Source: Lama guanicoe (lineage: Eukaryota). From it: 64,000 nt of DNA. Positions 48,641 to 58,707 of this stretch are shown one piece after another. Each line of letters begins with the position of its first letter. Positions within the stretch are counted from its first letter, which is position 1. A model generated the notes under the pieces. The model saw only the letters and a program-made list of their open reading frames with translations, did no database searches and was not told the DNA's origin. The translations under genes and the position numbers were made by a program. The stretch is from assembly GCA_013239625.1 (NCBI GenBank), contig MU053873.1, forward strand, positions 1,688,524-1,752,523, given 5' to 3'.

Positions 48641-50336
48641 TCAGATGACACCGGGCTTCCCCTAAACTCAGTTGGAAGAAGAGTCCAAGCCTGACCCTCC
48701 CCTTGGCAGAGCTGTGATGGGAGTATAATCAGAGCCCCCACGCCACTGTCTGCAGGATGTAGGGCTACAAGTCATGCTGGTTCCAACCTTCCACCTTGAT
48801 AACCTGGAAGGCAGTTTCGAACGATTTAGAACTCTTGGCCTCCTTGGAGTTCTGTGCCAGGAAGACCAGCTCAGTCCCAGCCCAGGCCTGGGCAGCAAGG
48901 GTGGACAGCCCACGCCACCTAAGCTCTTTCCAAACCTAAGGCAAAGAGCCACCTGTGGCCACCTCGCAGCACAGAGAGGCACTGGGCTCTGCCAGCTTCC
49001 AGGTGGGCCTGTCCCCTTGGCCAGGCGAACGCTGCCCACGGGCCTGGGGCGGCAGCTCTCAGAGAACTCCTGAGAGATCAGTCACAGACATTTCTTAAGC
49101 TCAGGTCTGCCTTGAGATTTTCCTAGCCTGAAGGAAATCAGTGTGTGAACAAGGAGAATGCTGGAGCCTGGAACCTCCGACAGCCCCAGGCCAGACGTGA
49201 GGACACCCAGCCACCTGCTGCGGGGTAGACGTGCTCACGTGCTTTGAGAATTCGGGGAGACTTTCTCAACTGATTTTAACCTGTGCCTGGAGACGGCTCA
49301 GAGCCTTTAAGCTGCTCAGCAGTAGGACACTTCTCAGGTCCCTATCACCCCCAGAAGTGCCCTCCTTCCTTGCTGCAGCCCCCAGACCACTTTCCTGGAT
49401 GACTGAGTGGCCCTCTCCACACGTTTGCTTTCTCCTCCCAGGCCAGGCTGTGGAGTAAGAGCCATGTCTCTCCGCTCCCATTTGGCCAGGGTTTTCTCTT
49501 CTTTCTTGGCTTCACCTTCTAGGGTGAGTACACGGGCCATGGGTCAAGTTCACCAGTCCTCACTTCCTTCTGACTACCCAGTGGACAGTGTCCCCAAGGC
49601 CTGTCCAACTGTCTGTCCTGCCCGGGAAGGCTTTTTTCTCCTACCTGTGATGTCAGCCCCCAGCAACCCAGGGTTTTACAGCAAGAAAAGTCCCAGGTGA
49701 CATCTTGGACAGCTCTCCTTCCCCTCTAGTTACAGCACATGTGCCCCAAGGCAGGTGAGAACTCAGGATGGACTGAGGTTTCCCTTAGAGAGAAAAACAG
49801 CCAGGGGAAGGCCTGCAGCTCCAGCAGGTGCTGTGGGTGCTCCTGGGGGTCAGGTGGCAGTTTCCTGGATGAACGCTGCCCACACGTGCCAGGCCCCGGG
49901 AAAGGTCACTGGATGGGCAGGGGTGTCCCAGGCTGCAGGAAGGGAGTCAGAGGGGGACGAGGCCCTGTGGTGGGCACTGCTTGGGGTGAGTGTGAGGCAT
50001 GTGGGGTGGTGAGAGGGGGTATGTCCTAGTGATGGGGAGCGGTCAGTGCAGGGTTTGGGGCGGGCCCTGGGCCAGAGGCTGGTTTTCAGACAAATTGCTT
50101 CAGTCTGTGGAGGAGAGCTTGGAGCCCAGAGCTGGGTTAAGGGTCTTCTGAGTCACCCAGCCCCTCCCTCTGCACACCGCTGCAGTGTCGTGGTCCTCAG
50201 GCCTGGGCGCCCAGTGGCAGCAGTCAGCCCTGCACGCTTCATGCAATGGCTTGGTGTTTCCCCAAAGCCACCTGGAGAGAAACCAGGGCTGAAACTGCCC
50301 CGAGTAGAGCAGCACCTCACACCCCCTCCCTTCCAG

Positions 50337-50568
50337 GTGGAGAAGTCCCTGCAGCGCATTCAGAACGGGCAGCGCAACGCCATGTACACGTCCCAGCAGA
50401 GTGTGGAGAACAAGGTGGGCGGCATCCCCGGCTGGCAGGCCCTCCTCACCGCTGTGGGCTTCCGGCTGGACCCCCCAGCCAGTGGCCTGCCAGCGGCTGT
50501 CTTCTTCCCAACCTCCGACCCTGGTGACCGGCTCCAGCAGTGCAGTAGCACCATCCAGTCCCTGCTGG
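50337..50568 (+). CDS. TTC28: TTC28 exon 18 equivalent, 232 nt: VEKSLQRIQNGQRNAMYTSQQSVENKVGGIPGWQALLTAVGF...CSSTIQSLL(G)
   Basis: Acceptor ccctcccttccag, donor gtaagc at 50569; inside ORF 50046..50726. Confidence 0.96.
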
Positions 50569-51164
50569 GTAAGCCTCGGGCAGGGCGGGGACGGAGGGAC
50601 TGGCTGACAGCACAAGCAGGGTGGTGGCTGGCTGTGGTCCCGCCGGCTCTCATACGTGGGAGTGAGGGGGGCAGGGGAGACACCAGCACAGACTCCCCAA
50701 CTTGGGGAAGAGTGCGCTTGTCCTGACTCTCCCGTCTATGACGGGAACACACCCTCTGCCCCAGCTCTGCCTCCTGGGGTGCCGAGAGGTCATGCCGGGC
50801 AAGCCAGCTATTACTATTCCACCAGCAGCTTCAGATCTGATGGAGCCGTGCAGCTGACCCCAGGGTGAAGCGGGCGCAGGTGCTCAGGGTTGCCTTTAGT
50901 GCTTCGCTCAGAAGGGGTGATGCTGCCTGAGCAGCTGAGGCCGGGTCCTGCAGTGTGACCATGCACTTGGAGGACAGCGCAGGGCTGGGACTGGCCTCTG
51001 CCTCCACCTGCCTTTCTCGGAGACCCCCCGCTCTTCCCGAGTCAGACACGAACACATGTCTGAAAATGCCAGTGCTGAGCACTTGGGGCTCTTTTCCTGG
51101 GAAGGCACAGGACTGTGGGTGCTGAGGCCCCCTAGATAAAGCTTGCCTTCTCCTCTTGCGTTAG

Positions 51165-51241
51165 GTCTGCCCAACCCTGCCCTCCAAGCCCTCTGCAAGC
51201 TCATCACTGCCTCGGAGACAGGCGAGCAGCTCATCAGCCGG
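51165..51241 (+). CDS. TTC28: TTC28 exon 19 equivalent, 77 nt: (G)LPNPALQALCKLITASETGEQLISR
   Basis: Acceptor cttctcctcttgcgttag, donor gtgagt at 51242; phase 1/0. Confidence 0.95.
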
Positions 51242-52728
51242 GTGAGTCAGGCCAGGCAAGCTGCGGCCAGGCCTGGGGGCTGCGCCGAGGTGGGAAGACA
51301 GTGATTTGGCCCCAAGTAGGAACCTGCACGTGATGCGTCTCATTGCTTTTTTTCAGCCTTAGTGATTAGAAGGAAAAGGCAAGGGCTGTGAGAACGGTCC
51401 TCCCCACAGCTGCAGGCCTGGAAGAGCAAGTTCTCGCACTGTCCCCTCTGGGCGCTGAGTCCCAAGAGTACTAGGGCCCTCAGAGGATGCGTATGGGACC
51501 CCGGTCACCTGGGCCCTCAGGACATGTCCTGAACTCTCCATCCAGGGCCCCTCACCCCGCATCAGGCTGCACAGCCCCAGCCGCCGTCTCTTCTGCTGGC
51601 TGACAAGTGCCGCGGTGGAGGGCCAGCCCATCTGGACGGCTGCGGGTGTTCCAATACTTACTCTCAGGTCAGAGTATGATCCCTGCTTGAAACAAAACAG
51701 CCACTGAGGCACAGCAGTGAGCACAAAGTCAATTCTCATGAAAGATACTGCTTGGCCGGTATTTTAACATGTACTTTAAGAAAATGTAGAGCTAATTCAG
51801 AGAACTGGAGGACTGTAACTCACAGTATCATGTAGGCCCTTCCAACCTGGCCTCACACCTTCTGTTCCTACTGGCCAGCGAGGGTCTGGAACAAGCCCCA
51901 GGATGAAGGCCACGCATGGGAGACCTGGCTAGAGTGGCAACACCTGAAGCACAGAGTAGTTTTCTCTGGTCATCTTGGAGTGTGATAACTTGAAAAATAG
52001 ATTATTCGATATTTATTGGCAAATTTCCTTTTAAGCAGAACTATTTCTATGTGGAAATAAAGCTGCTCCATCTAGGATTGACCTCTTAAAATGGGAGTGG
52101 TGCCCGGAGCCACCCCTACCTGCGGTGGTTTCCGGCCTGCTTTTGGAACATAGCTCACTGACTCGGCCCCTCCACTGAGTTTCTCACTTTGTAATGAGTG
52201 TTATATGTGCTTGTTGAATAGAAGCAGGAAGACACTTAAACATCCTGAACCCAGGAGGGCTAGAAGCCTGTGCTTTACAAAAAGAAAAAGCTAAAATTGC
52301 ACTTGCAGGGCAAAGCTGAGAGTCCAGAAAGCCAGTCGCTTTAATTCCTTGCTAGTAGTGGCGGCACAGGGACTTTGGCAGGGAAGCATCCTGGCCGCCC
52401 CTGGTGGCTGGTGGGCATTTCCGAGTCACTCTGGAACCAGAGACTCTGCTTTCTAAGGCGGCCTGTACGCCTGCTGTGCCCCTTCCCCTCTCCCAGCCAC
52501 CCCTGAGCCCGAGTCCCCCCCGAGCGCGTCTGGCCTGGGTGTGGCTGTCCGTTTTCCTGTGTGTCCTGCTGACTCTCGCTCCTCTCCCCCCGGGTCAGAG
52601 CCGTGGGCCTGGTGTGGCGCCTCCTACAGCAGTGATCAGCTTGTGCTGCATAACAACCTGTGCTTGAGTCTAAACTCTCTTCTTTCTCTCTCTTTTTCTT
52701 TCTTTTTCTTAAAATCTGCTGGCCGAAG

Positions 52729-52752
52729 GCTGTTAAAAATATGGTTGGAATG
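52729..52752 (+). CDS. TTC28: TTC28 exon 20 equivalent, 24-nt microexon: AVKNMVGM
   Basis: Long CT-rich tract 52675-52710, acceptor ...ggccgaag, donor gtgagt at 52753; phase 0/0. Peptide matches recalled human TTC28 (LISR-AVKNMVGM-LHQV). Confidence 0.92.
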
Positions 52753-53397
52753 GTGAGTACCACTTTGAGTAGCACTGTTGTCAGGTGAGCCCCTGCACCC
52801 GCCCACCCCGAGGTCCCCCGGCACTGCTGTCTCGCAGGCACGCAGGCCGGGGGCCGTGCCGCTGGCTCAGGCGGTCTGCCCCCTCCTCTGCTCTGCTCCC
52901 TTTCCTGCTCCACCCTTCTTGTGTTCTTGGTTTGAGCTTTCAAGTTCCCTCAGAACAGCAGGGAAGAAGTGACTTTAAGTGAGCAACACTGAACCCACAC
53001 GAGGCCCTGGTGGAGTTCCCACACTCAGCAGGTTACTGTCTTCTTCCTTGAGTGCTGAGGCTCCGGGATGTAGTGTGGGAGTCCCCTCACCATCTACCTC
53101 GAGCTCATAAAGAGGGAGGCGACGGTGCTATACCCCACCCCCTCCTCGTCCCCGAGCCCCTCCTGCGCTCAGAGCCCCGTGGCCAGTGATCGAGGGAAGA
53201 GGCGGGAGGCAGAAGCCCTGACTGAGCCGCCGACAGAGGACAACAGGACAGCAGGCATAAAGGCACCGTGAAAAGAATTTCAGATGCTGCCCCCGTGTAA
53301 GGTCATTAGAAATGACAAGAACAGGTGACACAGGAATAACTTAGGGACAAATCGTGGGGGGCCGGACGCAGCGGATGCTGACGCTCTCCCCACTCAG

Positions 53398-53527
53398 CTC
53401 CACCAGGTGCTGGTCCAGCTGCAGGCCGGTGAGAAGGAGCAGGACTTCACATCGGCCCCCATTCAGGTCTCCATCAGCGTCCAGCTGTGGCGGCTCCCGG
53501 GATGTCACGAGTTCCTGGCGGCTCTAG
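53398..53527 (+). CDS. TTC28: TTC28 exon 21 equivalent, 130 nt: LHQVLVQLQAGEKEQDFTSAPIQVSISVQLWRLPGCHEFLAAL(G)
   Basis: Branch-like gctgac, acceptor ctctccccactcag, donor gtagga at 53528. Confidence 0.96.
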
Positions 53528-54092
53528 GTAGGACAGAGCGTCCTTCACTTAATTGGCTTCTTCTGTTCCATTTTTTTTAAAGTGCTCTTTTCTCCTAGTT
53601 TCTGTTGAGTGAAGTTGGTAAGCTCTTAGGGGTCTTAGTGTTTATTACTTACAAATCGTTTATGCAAAGACTATTGTTAGCAGTTTCCAAAATGTCCTTC
53701 CAGCTGCCCCATCTCTCCTACATTAGGATGTCTCCCACCTGCAGGCATCACTGAGATGAATCTGCTAGATGCCAATATTGTTGGGAGTCATGCCATGAAG
53801 TCATAAAATAATGATTTAATATTGGTCTCTATCACTGGCTCCTGGAACTTGGCAGAAAAAAATACAGTTGAAACCACCTTTGACTTGACTGTAGGGACCT
53901 AGAAGTGCACATTCCAGGATCCTTGTTCAGTGCAGGACACTCGCTTCTCAACACTGTAACACAGCTGAAGCAGCTCCTGACACAATAGCTACTTTTTTTT
54001 ACCACAAGTATATTTGTTGATAAAACTGCCTCAAGAGGCTTTAAGCGGCTCCTTCTGCCTCACTTAAGTGCCTGTGTGACTTGCTGAGGAGC

Positions 54093-54430
54093 TATTCACT
54101 CTACAAGCCTTTTTTGGAACACCTGTTATGTGCCGGGCAATGTTCCAGGCACTGGGGATGCACCAGTGAATGAAGGACAAAAGGTCCTATCCTCAGAGTT
54201 TTCATTCTAGTGAGGAAGACAGACAGACACAGAAAGGACCTAATCGAAGGGGGGCACCTCGGAAGGTGAGGAAGCAGCGTCAAGGACAAAGACATCAGGG
54301 TCACAGTGATTGGCTGGAGGGGTCAGGGCAGGGAGCCAGGCGGGCCCTGAACGCCTGCGGATGGTTTTCAGGATGAAAGAGCCAGGCAGAGGGAAGAGCC
54401 ATCGAAGAGCATGAGGCCTGTGCAGGCGTG
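54093..54430 (-). mobile_element. L2 fragment
   Basis: acacctgttatgtgccgggcaatgttccaggcactggggatgcaccagtgaa...tcattctagtgaggaagacagac. Confidence 0.8.
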
Positions 54431-55865
54431 CGGACGGGCTGTCTGACACCCCTGGGCCGGGGTATCACTGGCGCTCTCTGGTGTTAGGATCACGGGCGAT
54501 TTTCACGGATGCTCTTGCTTCTCTGTCCTTTCCGAATCCCACTGATAGTTGAGGGGCAAGGCAGGATGAACATACTTAGACTGTGGAGGAGACGCGCCCC
54601 CTTCCAGCCCTCAGCCGTCATAACCCATCACGGAGCTGCTGGTTATTTAGAGAACTCAGTTCTATTGGAGCAGCCCATTCAAACCGGTTTCATAAAGTAA
54701 ACATTTCTAACTAAAATATTACATTTATATTATTTGTTATTTGTTTTCTAAAAGCTGAGTTCTCTGAGACCTTCCTGTTGTTTTCAGGCACCATTTTTGA
54801 GTTCACAGGGGAAAATGTCCCACAGCAATGAGAATGCTGAGCGGCCTCTCTAGTGAACCTAATTCCCAAAGGAATGGTGGTGTCAGACCAACATCAGAAT
54901 TATAAGAATAAAAAAGACAGAGTTCTCCTTTGATGACTACACCCCGTCATGCACCGAGTATCATGGGTCCCTGTCACTGGAACACTGAGGTCTGAGGAGG
55001 GAAAGGGCCTGGGATCACAGTAGCCTTCCTGGGTCCCTGACCGCCCCCCACCCCAGCTGTCAGCACTGAGTGTTTGTACTGTTTCAAGCCGAGCTCCGTG
55101 ATCCAGGGAGGAGACCCTACCTTCTTGCTTGGTGATCCTGTCTGTGGCCACAGCGTCTGTGTTGGACGTCTTCCTCCTGCACTCCTCCCAGGAGACGTGC
55201 CGGGTGCCTCTGTGATGGCTCCTGATTAGTCCAAGTGCTGTGGCAACGGCTCGTTAGGCACCTCCTGCCCTTTGCTGTGTGGGCGCCATGACTCATCAGA
55301 ACCACCGTCAGACTCAGGAGCAGCCCCCCTGGGCCCTGGCAGAGCAAAGTGCCGTCCCTGCAGGGTGGTTCAGCCAAGAAAGCAGATGCTGCCGTGCTAG
55401 ACACAGCTCATGTCAGAGCCCTTGGTGGCAAACACTGACCACGCGTGGAGACACTGTCCTTGCCCCTGAGCAGCTTCCACCTTCCCTGCACCAGCTTTAA
55501 ATACTGGACCCAGTGTTTGTCCCGGACAGTCTTCTTTAAGTGGATTGTTCTGCAAAAGAATGGAGACAAGTGTTAATGAGCCTAATTCCCACCCTCATCT
55601 CCAGAGAACGCAGTTCAGGGCGAGAGAGCAGCCAGCGCTCAAGGGACAGAGGGGAGCCAGGCTGGGTGGCCTGCACAAGGCACAGGTGTGAAGGGTTAGG
55701 GGCACGACCCTGACGTCCACGGGAGCATGTGCAAGCGGGCGGCCCCAGGCGGGGTTTGCTGAGGGGTCTGCAGGGGAGCCCGTGGGACTGTATGGCGGCG
55801 CTCACCCTTTTCAGATATGGGATCTTCCCTAAGGAAGCAGCTATTCACATTCTTTGTTTCTCCAG

Positions 55866-55973
55866 GTTTTGATCTCTGTGAAGTTGGTCAGGAGGAAGTA
55901 ATTCTGAAAACCGGGAAACAGGCCAACCGACGAACCATGCACTTTGCGCTGCAGGCCCTGCTCGCGCTCTTTG
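55866..55973 (+). CDS. TTC28: TTC28 exon 22 equivalent, 108 nt: (G)FDLCEVGQEEVILKTGKQANRRTMHFALQALLALF(D)
   Basis: Acceptor ttctttgtttctccag, donor gtaaac at 55974; inside ORF 55817..56053. Confidence 0.96.
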
Positions 55974-56069
55974 GTAAACACTCTGCGCGGCGCCGCCCCC
56001 GGGGCCACGGGCACAGACCTGACTATGGTTTGGGAAGGGGAAGAATTAAGTGAACAAACGTTGTGTGTG

Positions 56070-56860
56070 TGTTAGGGATTGTCCAAATAAGCAGAAACTC
56101 CCTGCTCTCATGGAATTTTCGGTGCTCAGAAGATGTGCAGATTAAGGGACCAGGAGATGAGGGTGGTGGGCAGATCCTGGCCTGCGAGGAGGCAATTTTC
56201 AGGACCCTGGGGGCAAGCCTGCCCGCCCACCTGCCTGCCCACCCTTCCCAAAGGGCTGAGTGAGACTACATGCTGGCTCGGCTGGTGGCCAAGGTTTAAG
56301 GCAGCCAGCAGGGTCTGCTGATGAATGGTCTGCATCCGACCAGAGAGGGTCAAAGATGATTTCTGGAGCAGCTCCCAGAATGGGACTGCTTTTGCTGAGA
56401 CCCTGAAAATGGCAGGATAACAGGTTTGAGTTGTTCCATCTTGGACATGTTCAGTTTTGAAATATCTGCTGGACACCTTCACAGGCAGCTGATTCACCAC
56501 GGAGTGATAAATGTGCATACGGGTCGGAGGGGAAGAGGACCTCATCCTGTGGGCACTCCAGGGGTCAAAGGCTACAGAGATGAGGTGGGGCCTAGGAAGG
56601 ATCAGTCTGTGAGGGCTGGGTGTGATGGACTGTGCAGAACTGAGCAGGGAACTGGATTTGGTGGTGGCCACTGGCGACCTTCACAGGAACTGGGGAGGAG
56701 CGCCTGCCTGGAGCCGGTGGAGAGCAGGTGGGCAGGGAGGCCGTGTGGAGAAGCATGTGAGTGACTCCTGAGGAGGTTGCCAGAATGGGGAGCGATGGGG
56801 CTATAGCTGGGAGGAGTGGTAGATGAGGGTTTAGGACAGGGGACATCACAGGAGGCCGAC
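56070..56860 (-). mobile_element. L2 fragment(s)
   Basis: ctccctgctctcatgga; ttggacatgttcagttttgaaatatctg; ggatttgg..gtggccactggcgaccttcaca are reverse L2 motifs. Confidence 0.7.
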
Positions 56861-57088
56861 ATGGGGTCTGGTGAAACGGGTGCCCCTGGGGTGTTTTTGT
56901 CCCCTATGTAAGATTTACTTTTCCAACAGGATTGTTTTCCAAGATTTTAAGATGAATTCAAGTTGTATATAAGCAGCACTTGCATAATTCTCTGCGAGCT
57001 TCTATGCATTTAAGGATGCATGTGAAAGAAAAAATCAAAACCATGTATTGATTCTAGTTGCCCTCTGGGCATTTATGTTTTGTCTCAG

Positions 57089-58707
57089 ATTCCACTGAGC
57101 TGCCCAAGCGCCTCAGCCTTGACAGCTCATCCTCCCTGGAGTCTCTGGCCTCAGCCCAGTCTGTCTCCAACGCCCTGCCCTTGGGCTACCAGCACCCTCC
57201 TTTCTCTCCCACTGGGGCGGAGAGCACAGCCTCTGATGCCATCTCCGTGTACAGCCTGAGCTCCATCGCCTCCTCCATGAGCTTCGTCTCCAAGCCCGAG
57301 GGCGGGTCAGAAGGCGGGGGTCCGCGAGGACGGCAGGACTGTAAGACTGCTTATCCCCAGCGATCCACCCTGCCTCGGAGCCAGCTATCCCCCCAGACCC
57401 ATCCTGCAGGCAGCAAAGATGAAGAAGAATATGAAGGGTTTTCCATCATCAGCACTGAGCCTTTGGCAGCCTACCAAGAAAACAGAAAGGCCCGCTTCTC
57501 ACCAGATCCCAAACAGTCCCGAGGAGGTACTGCTGGAGGTGTGAGAGTTTCGGTCAGCTCTAAGGGGAGCATAAGCACTCCAAATTCTCCAGTTAAGATG
57601 ACCCTGATTCCCAGCCCAAACTCACCCTTCCAAAAGGTTGGAAAACTAGCAAGTTCAGATACGGGAGAATCAGATCAGTCTAGCACAGAAACAGACAGTA
57701 CCGTGAAATCCCAAGAAGAAAGCAACCCAAAGCTTGATCCACAAGAGCTGGCCCAGAAGATTCTAGAGGAGACACAAAGTCATCTCATTGCAGTGGAGCG
57801 TCTTCAGAGGGGCGGTAGTCAAGGCAAGGGTACTAATCCTGAAGATGGCATTTCCATGCCCAATAGCGCAGCCGTCTTCCGAGCGTCAGAAACAAGTGCG
57901 TTCAGCCGGCCTGCCCTCTCCCACCAGAAGAGCCAGCCATCACCGGTGACTGTCAAACCAAAGCCCCCAGCCAGAAGCTCATCCCTACCCAAAGTGAGTT
58001 CAGGGTACAGCAGCCCCACCACCTCGGAGGTGTCCATCAAAGACAGCCCGAGCCAGCAGAGCGGCCGGCCGTCGCCCGGCTCTGACTCCCAGACCTCCCT
58101 GACCGACCAGCCTCTCTTTAAGCTGAAGTACCCCAGCTCTCCTTACAGCGCTCACATTTCCAAATCACCAAGGAACATGTCCCCAAGCTCAGGCCACCAG
58201 TCTCCTGCTGGTAGTGCACCGTCCCCAGCTCTCTCCTATTCCTCAGCTGGTTCTGCTCGCTCGAGTCCGGCTGACGCTCCCGACATAGACAAACTGAAAA
58301 TGGCAGCCATCGACGAGAAGGTGCAGGCTGTCCACAACCTGAAGATGTTCTGGCAGAGCACACCCCAGCATTCCACGGGACCAATGAAAATATTCAGGGG
58401 GACCCCTGGAACGATGACTTCCAAAAGAGATGTCCTCAGTCTATTAAATTTGTCACCTCGGCACAACAAGAAGGAGGAAGGAGTAGACAAGCTGGAACTT
58501 AAGGAGCTGTCTTTGCAGCAACATGGAGAAATGCCACAAAAAGCCCCTCCCAACGGACACTGGCACACGGAGACCACCACGCTGAGCACGCTGCCACTGC
58601 CTGCCGGCCCTCCTGCCCCAGCTCCCACACGCCCTTTGAGACTTCCTTCTGGAAATGGCTACAAGTTTCTGTCCCCAGGAAGATTTTTTCCTTCCTCCAA
58701 ATGCTAA
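57089..58707 (+). CDS. TTC28: TTC28 terminal exon (exon 23 equivalent), coding part: Ser/Pro-rich low-complexity tail ending ...YKFLSPGRFFPSSKC*
   Basis: Acceptor gttttgtctcag at 57088; 549-aa ORF 57058..58707; C-terminus matches recalled human TTC28. Confidence 0.97.

Noticed and set aside
57058..57088. N-terminal MPSGHLCFVS of the 549-aa ORF
   Set aside because: Starts at TTG inside the intron; the real exon begins at 57089. An acceptor at 57057 would shift the frame.
58693..58707. C-terminal SSKC as a prenylation signal
   Set aside because: Cys is the last residue, so it fits neither CaaX nor CC/CxC.
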